A stretch of 41,192 nucleotides of DNA from positions 64,001-105,192 of the IMG/VR virus record IMGVR_UViG_3300014047_000001. The stretch is one strand, 5' to 3'. This document shows, one piece after another, positions 19,896 to 31,800 of the stretch. A program made the translations under genes and the position numbers. A model generated the notes under the pieces. The model ran no database searches. It was not told where the DNA came from and saw nothing but the letters and a program-made list of their open reading frames with translations. The DNA is from a virus (taxonomy: Duplodnaviria; Heunggongvirae; Uroviricota; Caudoviricetes). Every line of letters begins with the position of its first letter. The first letter of the stretch is position 1.

Positions 19896-20767
19896 AATTA
19901 AAGAAAGTGGCTGATCATAAATCTACGAGAATTATTGGTAACTGGATATATACCAAATATGTTGCTACTGATGGTTCTCGTAGTGTACGCCATAAAATTA
20001 TGCATGTATTAGATATTTCTAATGATGGAGGAGAAGTATGCTATAAAATTAATCATATTAGCAGCTTATTTGAACCTGAATATTGGCAACGGGATGCAGT
20101 TTATCAAATGATGAATAATGCTGTTATGACAGATTCTCTGAAAGATATATTTGATAAAATGGTAAATCAATATGCGTCTTCTAATGTATATACATCTCAT
20201 ATGGATATTGGTGATGATACTGTATATATAGAAGACCGCGCAGGAGTTTATATTATTTCAGAAAAAGATGCTGAATATCTATTAGAAGTATTTAAGAATT
20301 TCAATAAATTACCAGTATCAAAGTATCGTTTAGATTTTTTGGTAAATTCTTATCCAGATGTTTATAGCAGAGATAAAAAGCTTTCTGAAGAAGATATGCA
20401 ATTTCAGTTTGTGCAAGCAGGTACAAAGCTCTATATAGTCAATTATAATACAAAGGTTCCTCAAATAAAGACATATACATTTGATGCGCCATTTACTATA
20501 CAGAAGGATAAGCATGCAAAAACTACTTATAATTCTTTTAAGAACACCATAACATTAGATCAGGAATTTTTAAACTATAAATCTGCATATCATGAGTATT
20601 TCCTTAATCTGAAAGATGCAGAGGAGCAAGCGATAATTCATATTAATGACTCATTATCATATGTTACTCATAGACTCAGAGAAATAGAGGATGAAAAAAC
20701 AGAGTTAACAAAATATGAAGCAGATTTAAAAACAGCATTAGCACAATATGAGTCAGCAGAAAAATGA
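19892..20767 (+). CDS. Hypothetical protein with a C-terminal coiled coil
   Basis: 291-aa ORF with an ATGA overlap to the upstream gene. Confidence 0.7.
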   Translation: MKLKKVADHKSTRIIGNWIYTKYVATDGSRSVRHKIMHVLDISNDGGEVCYKINHISSLFEPEYWQRDAVYQMMNNAVMTDSLKDIFDKMVNQYASSNVYTSHMDIGDDTVYIEDRAGVYIISEKDAEYLLEVFKNFNKLPVSKYRLDFLVNSYPDVYSRDKKLSEEDMQFQFVQAGTKLYIVNYNTKVPQIKTYTFDAPFTIQKDKHAKTTYNSFKNTITLDQEFLNYKSAYHEYFLNLKDAEEQAIIHINDSLSYVTHRLREIEDEKTELTKYEADLKTALAQYESAEK

Positions 20768-21860
20768 TTTTATTATAACCAATTATGACAACTTCAAAGA
20801 TGCAAGTTTATTTATAAAACAGTATTTTGAAGCAGAAAAAAGGATGAAGGATATTCAGAATTTCTTTCAATCTTTTTATATGTCAAAATTAATTCGCTCC
20901 GAGGATGTATATAAGTTAAAACCAAAATATGTTGTTTTTGGTGAATATGATACATCTCATAGTTGGTTTGATATAATAGCAGATGATGATTTGTATTTAA
21001 GCAGCTATTGTATATCTAAATTTAACAGAAAAAATGAATTAAAGCAAGAAATAAGTCATATTGGTGAATTATTAAAAGAAATATCGACACGTCTTAGAAA
21101 TGATTGGGCATGTTATTATATTTTAGATGCTAATAATATACTTCATGAATTTATTCCTGTAAAAGCGGTTGATACAATAAAAGTAACTTTTGATAAAGAA
21201 TCAATATTCATTACTGGACATTATTTTTATGGTTTTCAAATGAATGGAGATTTTGGTATGGCAGAAGAACATATATCACAAGTTACAAAAACTATTGTTA
21301 TTGATCCAAGCAATAATAATGTATTAACAGTAAAAACTTCTGTTAAACACATAACAACTCAAAAAATTAAAAAACATTTGGGTAGTCATGAATGTTATAC
21401 ACATGCATGGGTAAATGCGGCTGTTGATGGTGATTTTGATACATTTGAGTATGTTAATCCTTATAAACAAATAAAAAAGTATATAGAAGATAATTATGCC
21501 AACTATTATAAAGGATATATTCGTACTGTATATTTTAAAAGTGGACATTCTGGTTCATACGGCCCAATATATCTAGTAAAAACAAAAAAAGAATTAGAAT
21601 CTATATATAATGATATTATAGAGCATAATAAAGATATATTCAAAGAAGTATTGGGTATTGAATTAAATAAAAAACATTTATCTAGATATGATGATCTTTT
21701 TCAACTTCGGAGTACTGCAATTAAAGAAGCATATAAAGATATTAATTTAACTTATGGAAAAATGAAGAATATACCAGAAAATAAGTATCCTTTAACAGTA
21801 TGGTATAAATGCAGTACACATAAAAACCTTTTAGAAGAAAATGGCAAAGAAAACAGATAA
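20748..21860 (+). CDS. TNYDNFK-family protein 2
   Basis: FIITNYDNFKD; CYYILDANNILHEFIPVK. Confidence 0.75.
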   Translation: MSQQKNDFIITNYDNFKDASLFIKQYFEAEKRMKDIQNFFQSFYMSKLIRSEDVYKLKPKYVVFGEYDTSHSWFDIIADDDLYLSSYCISKFNRKNELKQEISHIGELLKEISTRLRNDWACYYILDANNILHEFIPVKAVDTIKVTFDKESIFITGHYFYGFQMNGDFGMAEEHISQVTKTIVIDPSNNNVLTVKTSVKHITTQKIKKHLGSHECYTHAWVNAAVDGDFDTFEYVNPYKQIKKYIEDNYANYYKGYIRTVYFKSGHSGSYGPIYLVKTKKELESIYNDIIEHNKDIFKEVLGIELNKKHLSRYDDLFQLRSTAIKEAYKDINLTYGKMKNIPENKYPLTVWYKCSTHKNLLEENGKENR

Positions 21861-22776
21861 ACTCGTAGTAACTAATTACGATAATTTTAAAAATGCGGAG
21901 TTCTTTAAGAAACAATATTTACAGGCGCAAGAAATGATAAAAGAAGTTAATGACTTCTATAAATCATTTTGTATGTCTAAATTGTTAACAATAAAGGATC
22001 TTATATCCTTAAAACCATATCTACTAATAAATTGCCCGTGGACTAGACATTTCATTTTTCCGGATTATAAGTATGAAATGTATATTAATGCACGATTAAA
22101 TGGCAAAGAATATGAAAAATGGGAGTTACCTGATGGAGATGATGCAGAAAAATCATTTGCTGAAATTCTTAAAGAAGCGAGGGATTATACAAATGTATGT
22201 ATAGGTGATTTGAATACAATATTTAGTAAAGATCCTCAATATGAGTGTTATTATGTATTGGATCAAAATAATTGTTTGCAGGAATTTATACCAGTAAAAT
22301 GTAAAAACACTATTTCTATTGATTTCAGTGGAGATGATATAAAAATTTCAGGCTATTATTATAGCTATTCAGAAACTGGTGCCCCACATGGAAATGCGCG
22401 ATCAGATATTAACAAAGTTATTAGAACAATATATATTAATTCCTCTAATAATAATGTAGTTGACGTACAATCAGAATATGAGCATCAAGAATCTGGGGAT
22501 GCAAATGGTAAAACATATTGGGATAAGCATATATCCTATGACATGACAGATAGAACAGCAAAATCTGTTAAAACACATCATTGGAATGGATTACGACGTA
22601 CAATAAAGAATGACTATGAACATTTCCGCCAAATGGCAAGAAATTATTATTTTGGATATACTTCAGAAGAGTATAAAATGATGATGTTAGAAAAATATGC
22701 AAAGGAATTTGAAAAAGAATTTCATCGTCCCATCACAAAAGAATACATAGATGGTTGCTGTAGTGCATGGGATTAA
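21841..22776 (+). CDS. TNYDNFK-family protein 3
   Basis: LVVTNYDNFKN; CYYVLDQNNCLQEFIPVK. Confidence 0.75.
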   Translation: MAKKTDKLVVTNYDNFKNAEFFKKQYLQAQEMIKEVNDFYKSFCMSKLLTIKDLISLKPYLLINCPWTRHFIFPDYKYEMYINARLNGKEYEKWELPDGDDAEKSFAEILKEARDYTNVCIGDLNTIFSKDPQYECYYVLDQNNCLQEFIPVKCKNTISIDFSGDDIKISGYYYSYSETGAPHGNARSDINKVIRTIYINSSNNNVVDVQSEYEHQESGDANGKTYWDKHISYDMTDRTAKSVKTHHWNGLRRTIKNDYEHFRQMARNYYFGYTSEEYKMMMLEKYAKEFEKEFHRPITKEYIDGCCSAWD

Positions 22777-22794
22777 AAAATATTTACATATTAT

Positions 22795-23727
22795 ATGCCA
22801 AGAAAAAGTAATACAGAGAAATTGGTTATAACCAATTATGATAATTTTAAAAATGCAAATTTCTTTATAAAACAATATTTTCAGGCTCAGGAGATGTTAA
22901 AAGAAGTAGAAGAATTCTTCGAATCTTTTAGAATGTCTAAACTAATAACATCTGAGCAACTGGTTAATATACATCCTAATATGTTTCTATATGAATATGG
23001 AGCTGAATGGACAGAGGCTTTTATAGAGCATGATACATTAGAAAAAACGCATGATTATGAATTATTGGATGGTCACTCATGGAGAGATAAACATGCATTT
23101 ACTGCAGAGGAAAAAGCAGAGCACTTGAAAAAAGTACGATCAGCGACACAAAAATTATGTGAAGATATAGCAATTCGTATGATTGGAAATTATGATTGCT
23201 ATTATGTTCTTGATAAGAAAAATAATTTACATGAATTTATTCCAGTAAAATCAGCAGATACTATTAAAACGGATTTTACAAAAAAGGAAATTATTATATC
23301 AGGATATTATTATCATTATCATGAATGGGGTGCACAATGGGGAAATTCTGAATCTGCAATGGATAAAATAATAAAAAAGATTATTATTGATCCAGCAACT
23401 AATAATGTTAAAGAAGTACGTGAAGAAACAGTAACAATAAGTAAGGGTAATGCTAATGGTAAAGATTATTGGTCAAATCATGAAGATTATTGTTTAACGG
23501 CACTTGATGGAAAAAACAAAGTATCCACTTCATCATGGGATAATGTGCATAAAGCTATGAGCAAATATAGTCATGAATTATTTGACAGACATTGTTATGC
23601 TAATACGCCAGAAGAAAAGGAAAAATTAAAAATAGAACTTCATAAAAAATTTGATGCTCGATATAAGAAAATTTATAAACAAGAATTAACAGATAAAGTA
23701 TTAAGTTATTATTTTAATATTAAATAA
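22795..23727 (+). CDS. TNYDNFK-family protein 4
   Basis: LVITNYDNFKN; CYYVLDKKNNLHEFIPVK. Confidence 0.75.
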   Translation: MPRKSNTEKLVITNYDNFKNANFFIKQYFQAQEMLKEVEEFFESFRMSKLITSEQLVNIHPNMFLYEYGAEWTEAFIEHDTLEKTHDYELLDGHSWRDKHAFTAEEKAEHLKKVRSATQKLCEDIAIRMIGNYDCYYVLDKKNNLHEFIPVKSADTIKTDFTKKEIIISGYYYHYHEWGAQWGNSESAMDKIIKKIIIDPATNNVKEVREETVTISKGNANGKDYWSNHEDYCLTALDGKNKVSTSSWDNVHKAMSKYSHELFDRHCYANTPEEKEKLKIELHKKFDARYKKIYKQELTDKVLSYYFNIK

Positions 23728-24528
23728 ATGGGATTTGATTTTGGATCTATAAAAAAGAAAAAGAATACTGCTAATATTATTGCAGATGATATTCGTAAAC
23801 AATATTTAGATGATATAAATTTACGAACAGATAAATGGGCAGCAATATTAGAATATAATAATCATGATTCTTATCAGCATATATTAAATGCATTTCATAT
23901 TGATTTTGATGAGAAGAATAGAATAACATATAGTATGGATATTATTCCTTGTATATTAAATAATAATGAATATAAGGAATATCTTATAGATCCTAATTAT
24001 ATTCAATATTATAGTGAAAAGAATTCTATATTTAAATCTACTGATCCTACTTGTAAAATTGCAGTATTATGTGCATATGGTAATGTAGATAATAATTACA
24101 GAGCATCATGTAAGCTTATAGAAAAATTATATGATATTGATATTATTGCAGATAATATCATATTTCAATTATCATTTGATAATGACATAACTATATATGA
24201 ATTATATAAATGGATAGTATTTGATTCACAACGGCATCCGGAACGTTTATATACATTTGTATATGATGATTATTTAGTCAGACATTATTTTTCATATGAG
24301 AATACAATATATGATAATGAAAAATATAGTATGTGGAGAAAATTTGTAAAAGGTGAACGCTCTATAAGAAATATTGTTCAAAAAGTAATGCTATTATATC
24401 ATAATTGTAATAGTATTTTTGGTAGGATAAAAATGGGATTAGGTTTTGTAAAGCATCCTACTGTTATTTTTACAACAAGATATGCAATAGCTACATGGCA
24501 TGATGTAGATAGATGTTTGGAAGTATAA
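23728..24528 (+). CDS. Hypothetical protein, N-terminus MGFDFGSIKK
   Basis: 266-aa ORF abutting the upstream stop codon. Confidence 0.7.
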   Translation: MGFDFGSIKKKKNTANIIADDIRKQYLDDINLRTDKWAAILEYNNHDSYQHILNAFHIDFDEKNRITYSMDIIPCILNNNEYKEYLIDPNYIQYYSEKNSIFKSTDPTCKIAVLCAYGNVDNNYRASCKLIEKLYDIDIIADNIIFQLSFDNDITIYELYKWIVFDSQRHPERLYTFVYDDYLVRHYFSYENTIYDNEKYSMWRKFVKGERSIRNIVQKVMLLYHNCNSIFGRIKMGLGFVKHPTVIFTTRYAIATWHDVDRCLEV

Positions 24529-24554
24529 ACAAATATTTTGGTTGTATATATAAT
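24526..24554 (+). promoter_or_regulatory. Candidate phage promoter TAAAC-N18-TATAAT
   Basis: 19 nt upstream of the AAA ATPase ATG. Confidence 0.5.
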
Positions 24555-24573
24555 TTATAATTAAAAGTTATTT

Positions 24574-25746
24574 ATGATATTGATGACAAAAGAGAAATTA
24601 GAACAGTCATTCCATGAAGCAGCTAAGTTTTTTGCAGATCAAGGAGTGGCCACTATAGATGATGCGAATATTCTTTCTGGCATTTATACAAAAATGTTTG
24701 GATTATATCCGCAGATTATCGATATAGATACAGAAGGTGCATATCTTAATAAGAAAATGAAAGACGATGATGAGGAAGAGGAAGAAATGCCATTGGATGA
24801 AATGATTGCTCGCTCACAAACAGATGAGATTTTCCAAGAAGAACCACACCGGATTTATAGATTCAAGTCTATTGATAACAATCAGACATTTATTAAGATT
24901 ATTGAGAACAATCCTGAATGTGTAGTTATTCGTAGTTTTGATTTTCCTATTATTATCAAAGATAAAGTTATTATTTTCTGGCACAGATTTCAGCGTGAAT
25001 TGAGAGTTATGCAGGATCGAGCAGAACTTTATGATTGGATTGGAGATAATGTAGTTGAAAAGAGCAGTGATGAAAACCACCTTTATTTTGATTATGCTAC
25101 ATATGGTCAAAATGGATTTGATACAATACCGTTGGAAATAAAGAAGCAGACAGTAGATATTGCAACAAACTATAATGATGATCTTCCAAATAGGGAGATC
25201 CTTGAATTCCTTGCCAGTAAAGAAAGTGGTTTGTTGATTCTTCACGGTATTCCTGGTACCGGTAAGACTTCTTATATACGTCATTTGATGTATACTTTGT
25301 TTAAGAAAGAATTCCTTGTATTAGATAATTCTGTATTCAATTATATTACAGATTCATCTTTTATTTCATTGCTTATGGATTATAAGGATGCTGTAATTAT
25401 TCTTGAAGACTGTGAAAGCATGCTTACAGACAGAACACAGGGTAATAATCGCCTTTCTGCATTGCTTAACCTATCAGATGGTATTATTGGTGATTCCTTT
25501 AATTTTAAGTTCATATGCACCTTTAATGCTAATATAGGTAAGATTGATAAGGCATTGCTTAGAAAAGGTCGTATGAAGCTTAAATATGAGTTTAAGGAGC
25601 TTTCTGCAGAGAAGGCAAAGGCACTTGCGCAAAAATTAGGAAAAGATATTAAAGAAGACAAGCCAATGACATTGGCAAATATATATAATTACGGTCATAA
25701 CAATGACAGAACGGATGAAGAGCATAGCATCGGATTCCGAAAATAA
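24574..25746 (+). CDS. AAA+ ATPase
   Basis: Walker A GIPGTGKT, Walker B IILEDCE, LLNLSDG, and SRH region TFN...IDKALLRKGR. Confidence 0.85.
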   Translation: MILMTKEKLEQSFHEAAKFFADQGVATIDDANILSGIYTKMFGLYPQIIDIDTEGAYLNKKMKDDDEEEEEMPLDEMIARSQTDEIFQEEPHRIYRFKSIDNNQTFIKIIENNPECVVIRSFDFPIIIKDKVIIFWHRFQRELRVMQDRAELYDWIGDNVVEKSSDENHLYFDYATYGQNGFDTIPLEIKKQTVDIATNYNDDLPNREILEFLASKESGLLILHGIPGTGKTSYIRHLMYTLFKKEFLVLDNSVFNYITDSSFISLLMDYKDAVIILEDCESMLTDRTQGNNRLSALLNLSDGIIGDSFNFKFICTFNANIGKIDKALLRKGRMKLKYEFKELSAEKAKALAQKLGKDIKEDKPMTLANIYNYGHNNDRTDEEHSIGFRK

Positions 25747-25792
25747 AGTTTCCATAATTAAAAATTTTAAGTTTATTAAAGATTAATCTACT

Positions 25793-25831
25793 AGGGAGAT
25801 ACATTAATTTAATGTATCTCTTTTCTTTTTT
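25793..25831 (+). terminator. Rho-independent terminator
   Basis: GGGAGATACATTAA-t-TTAATGTATCTCTT followed by a T tract. Confidence 0.7.
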
Positions 25832-25877
25832 ATATCACAAATAAATAATAATAGAATAGTATAATATTTTTTGATAT

Positions 25878-27518
25878 ATGAAAAAACTTACACATATATA
25901 TGAGAATAATCAATGGATTTAGGTAGGTGAAGTAAATCAATATGATTTAGATCTTAAAATCCCGAGAGGTTCGCTTGGCAAAATTAATGGAATTTCCATA
26001 GAAGATGGAAATAATGTTGATTTGGATTTATGTCCATATATAATTGTAGAAGAATTACCATAGGATTTTGATGAAATAGAGAAGAATAAAATATATATTC
26101 TTATTACAAAAACTCCTTTACATTTAGGAGATGCAATATTTGATCATTCTTCTTTTGATGCAGCTTCTTTTACAGAAGACATTATTGCAGGTTTCTTTGA
26201 TAAGGGTACTTTTGATTCAATTTTCTTTCAGGATTCTTCTGAGGAAGAAGTAATACCAGATGACCCTTCTGTTAATCCTAATCCATTCCCAATAGATCCG
26301 GATATTCCAACGCCAACAACAGGATGGCGATTTGGATATAATTCTACTTTCCCTATAATATTGGGAGGTGGTGATGCTATATTTGGAAATTATGTAGTCG
26401 GTGATATTCCTGTTGTAGAGAATTTCAGTGACGGACATTATATTTTCCATGTTTCTGATGAAAAGCAGAAAGTAGGTTATTGGCAGAAATTAAATGATAA
26501 TACATTTGAGGTTAAATTAAATGATTATCTCAGCATTGATGAAGCTGCAAGAAAGTATCAGCCAAAAGGTAGTTATCTTACTACTCAGCAAGCTGCTGCA
26601 TATTTAACAATATAGCAAGCTCAAGAAAATCTTTTAACCATTTCTGCAGCAAGAAACATATATCAGGAAAAAGGTAATTATTTAACAGTATAGCAAGCTG
26701 TTCAAAATTTCCAAGCAAAAGGTAATTATGTTACTGTTGATACACAATCTTATTATTTAGATGTAAGTTTATATGAGGATAACGCATCTATTAAATTAGA
26801 TTCTAAATCTCATACAACCTTGTCTACATTAACCTTGCCATCTGCTACAGAAGAAAAAGCAGGTTTAATGTCTGCTAATGATAAGCAAATTATCAGAGAA
26901 TTACAAGAGCAGGTAGAATACTTGACTGATAAAGTAAAGAGATTACTTAAGAATATTATTCTTCCTGGTGTCTTTGATGAAACAAACTTTGATGAATCTA
27001 AATATCAGGAAGGTGAAGAAATACAAGAAGAGTTTGATTCAGTGGGCTCGCTTATTGTATATAATAAGGCTGGTAATGATGCACAAATAAAATATGTTTA
27101 CACATATCAATATAATTCTGATAGTGGATTAACAAATTCCATAGTAACAACTGAAGAAATGCTTAATGATGCAATATCTTCATTACAATTATCAATAAAT
27201 CCTGCATCATTAATAGATAGTCGTGATTATGTATTTATAAATCAAGCAAATACAACAAATAATATATTATTATCAGACCTTGAAAATAACATCAATCCTG
27301 ATTTCCGTATTATTGACGGTGTAATATATTATAAAAATGAGGATAATGTTTGGAATGCATTAACAACAGTAGACGCTATACATACATTGAATGTATTAAA
27401 AACTGTAACGTTTGAAGTAGATAACAATATGAATATCTCATATTCATCTCCATCAGATGACCTTATAATAACTGCTGAGATAGATGAGAATGGATATGCA
27501 TCTGTTTATATAAATTAA
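25878..27518 (+). CDS. Putative virion/tail-associated protein (546 aa, TAG=Gln)
   Basis: Single frame joining the ORF fragments. YQPKGxYLT repeats align YLTT-CAG-Q with YLTI-TAG-Q and YLTV-TAG-Q; LPSATEEKAGLMSANDK resembles a fibre motif. Confidence 0.75.
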
Positions 27519-27538
27519 AATAAATTTAAATTAATAAT

Positions 27539-28774
27539 ATGTCAGTAAAATTACAATTTGGTCGTTTATCAATATTACATAAAGGAGATTATGATCCTAC
27601 TACATTATATGAGAAACTTGATATAGTTACTTATAATAATGATAGCTATATATGTATATAGTCATGTACGAATATATTACCTACTAATACCACATATTGG
27701 AAATTAATGGTAAAAGGTGGTAAATCTGCATATGACTTATATGTAGAAAAAACTGTAAACGCAGGAAATACACCATTAACATTAGAAGCATGGTTAGAAT
27801 CATTACATGGTCAAGATGGACATGATGGACAAGATGGACAACCTGGTGTCGATGGTGCAAATGGTAAATCTGCATATCAAATAGCTACAGAAAATGGATT
27901 TAACGGTACAGAAGTAGAATGGTTAGCATCTTTACATGGACATGATGGTTAGGATGGTCAACAAGGTGCAGCCGGAAATAATGGTGAAAATGGTACAGAT
28001 GGTAAATCTGCTTATCAGATAGCATAGGATAATGGATTTAACGGTACTGAAGTAGAATGGTTAGCATCTTTACATGGACAAAATGGACAGGATGGTAAAG
28101 ATGGTAAAGATGGACAGCCTGGTGCTGCTGGTTCAAATGGTACCGATGGTGTTACACCACATATTGATCCAACTACAAAGCACTGGATGATTGGTGACAC
28201 AGATACAAATATTCTTGCTGAAGGTACAAATGGTCAACAAGGACTAAAAGGTGATCCATTTACATATGAGGATTTTACTACAGAACAATTAGAAGCATTA
28301 AAAGGCCCTAAAGGCGATAAAGGAGATACAGGAACAGTAGATTTATCAGTATTGAAAAATTATGCTACAATAACAGCATTAAATAATTTACAAGATCAAA
28401 TAGAAGCATTAACACAACGTATGAATGAATTACATCCAGCAGAAGAAGAAAAGCCTAGTTTTAAATTCATGACAGCTGAGCCAACTGCACAAAATATAAG
28501 TGAAAACCTTGGTACTTCGCAAGAAATGCCACAAGGTCCTCAGGAAATTGATATGTCTACATTAGCTGGTCCTACTAGTATGTATTTAGTATGCCCATCT
28601 AGTTGGTTTAGTGAAGATACAGGTGGAAATGTTACTAGTCCTATTATAAAATTTACTGCAACAAATGCTGAAATGGCTTGTTTTAAAGATAGTACAATTA
28701 CTGTAAATGGTGTAGAATATGTTATTTTAGGAACAGAATTAGGAACAGGTATGTATACAATAGAATTTGTATAA
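27539..28774 (+). CDS. Collagen-like tail fibre protein (411 aa, TAG=Gln)
   Basis: GxY repeats, GKSAYQIA...[13 protein letters not shown] repeats and a TPHID...W motif; fragments in frame through TAGs. Confidence 0.8.
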
Positions 28775-28815
28775 TTAATATAAATGTTTCATCAATAAAA
28801 TAAAAATTTTTAATT

Positions 28816-31800
28816 ATGCCACAAATAATATTAAAAAATGTACAATTTACTAATGTAAAAGATAAAAGAACAGGTACAAAAACACCTACTACATTAACAT
28901 AGTCTAATGTTGGTAATTCTTCATTAGGTGCATATGTTAATAGTGCAAATTTTTATAAACTTGTTTCTGCCCTTGATATTGCATGGGGTGATATTAGTGT
29001 TGGTAATGGTGTTATCATTAGTGATACAGCAGATCTTATAAATTGGATTACTTCATTACCTGCTTCTGGTGGTAATGGTAAATCTGCATATGAATTATAT
29101 GTAGAAGAGGAAGAAGGAAAAGGAAATACTCCACTAAGTTTATCAGAATGGTTGGAGTCATTATAGGGACAACAAGGTATTGCTGGTGTATCACCTCATA
29201 TTGATCCATCTACCGGCAATTGGTTTATTGGTGAAACTAATACAGGAGTACATGCACATGGTATTGATGGTTCACAAGGTCCACAAGGTTTACAAGGTAA
29301 ATCTAATTATGAATTATACCTTGAAACTGTACCACAAGGGGAAACACCATTAACACAATTAGAATGGTTAGATTCATTAAAAGGATAGAATGGTACAGAT
29401 GGTGTAAATGGTACAGATGGTGCCAATGGTAAATCTGCATATGAAATATATGTAGATCATGTACCTAATGGCTCTACTGCACTTACAGAAGAGGATTGGT
29501 TGGCATCTTTGAAAGGAAAAGACGGTAAAGACGGTCCACGCGGTTTTGAAGGTAAATCTGCATATCAAATATATTTTGATAATACAGAAGATCCACTATC
29601 TGAAGAAGAATGGTTAGCATCTTTGAAAGGCGCAGATGGTACCATGTCTTTTGAAGAGTTAACAGATGAACAAAGAGCATCTCTTGTTGGTGAAACTGGT
29701 CCTGCAGGTCCATCAGCATATCAATCATATCGTAATACAACAACAGATAATCCAATAAAAACAGAAGCAGAGTGGATAGCCTCATTACATGGCCAGACGG
29801 GTGCTGATGGTACAACTCCACATATTGATGCAAGTACAAAACACTGGTTTATCGGAAATACAGATACTAACATCCTTGCAGAAGGTGTTAATGGACAGGA
29901 TGGTAAACCTGGTGCAGATGGTTCAAATGGTATTACTCCACATATTGATCCAACAACTGGTAACTGGTTTATCGGTGAGACTGATACAGAAGTACATGCT
30001 CAGGGTGTTCCGGGCATAGATGGTTCAAATGGTATTACTCCACATATTGATGCTTCTACCGGTAACTGGTTTATCGGAGAAACAAATACAGGAATACATG
30101 CGCAAGGTGAAATTGGTCAATCAGGTGCAGACGGTATTACTCCACATATTGATGCTTCCACTGGTAACTGGTTTATCGGAGAAACGAATACAGGAATTCC
30201 TGCACAAGGTCCTACTGGACAAAATGGTGCTGATGGTTCTACAGGTAAATCTGCATATGAATTATATGTAGATGGTATACAAGAAGGAGAACCATTATCA
30301 CAAGAAGATTGGCTTGCATCATTAAAAGGTAATGAAGGTGATTCTGCATATGAAGTTGCAGTAGCTAATGGATTTGTTGGTACAGAACAACAATGGTTAG
30401 ATTCATTATTACCATCTATTGGTACAGATCCAAGTACTAATAATGCAAGTGATATTTACTGGTTTATTAAGGGAGAAAAAACACAATATCGCGCAATTCC
30501 TCAAATCATAAGTATTACTTCAGCTGCATATGAGGCTTTACAGGAAAAAGATGAAACTGCTATATATGTAATAACAGATTCACAATATAATCAGGATAAT
30601 GAAGTAACATACAGAATTGGTAATATTACACCTACTACAGATATGAACAATCTTGATGTAAGTGTACGCCGTTCTAATAATGTTGTATATTTTGATTTTA
30701 CTTTACCTATTGCTAATTTAGATATTAACAATTTAACAGAAGCACAAGCAACATTATTAAGAGGTAAGTCAAATTATCAGATATATGTAGATAATCACGA
30801 TGTTGATTTAGATGGTCCATTATTGACAGAAGAACAATGGTTAGCAACATTAAAGGGTGAAGTTGGTAATGATGGTAAATCTACATATGAATTATATGTT
30901 AAAAATTATATCAGTACTCATGGTGATGATACTGGCATGCTAACAGAATCTGAATGGTTGAATAGTTTAATACCACAAATTGTAAAAGATCCTTCTGATA
31001 ATTTATATTGGCACATCAATAATCAGAAAACACAATATCGTGCATTCCCTGGAATTCAATTCTTAACATTAGATGAATATAATGCATTAGAAACAAAGGA
31101 AGATGATGTTGTTTATATCATTGACAATGATAAAGATGCAACAGCATTAACATTCAATATAGGTAACGTTACTACTTCTGCTTTAGAAACAGACGCATCA
31201 GTAAATATTCGCAGAATAGACAACTCTATATATTTTGATTTTGTGTTGCCATTCTCAATCGACAGCTCTGAATATAAGGGAGAGTCTGCTTATGAAATTT
31301 ATAAAAGAAATGCATCTACAGGTGAAGTATTATCAGAAACTGCTTGGTTAGATTCATTAAAAGGAAAATCTGCATATGAATTATTTGCTGCAGCTAATCC
31401 GACTTCTGTATATACAAATGAATCTCAATGGTTAGCATCTTTGAAAGGGGAAACTGGTAAAGACGGTTCACAAGGTCCACAAGGTCCAATGCCAACTATT
31501 ACCATAAACTAGGAAGGTTATTGGGTTGTTAATGATCAAGTAATGCAAAGTGCTCTTGGAAGATTACCAGAAATTCGTAATGGTTTATATATTGATCCCG
31601 AAACAGGTGATGAACTTAGCATGAAAACTTGGTGGATAGATGGCGCTGATACTAATGTTCCTACATCATTAGGTGTAGATGTAACAACATTACTTAATAA
31701 AATCGGCGCTATTGGAAATGCACAAGAATTTGAACCATCTACTTATTATACAGCTGAAGATGAAGAAGTTATCGCAGGTACAAAAGAAGAAGGAGATATA

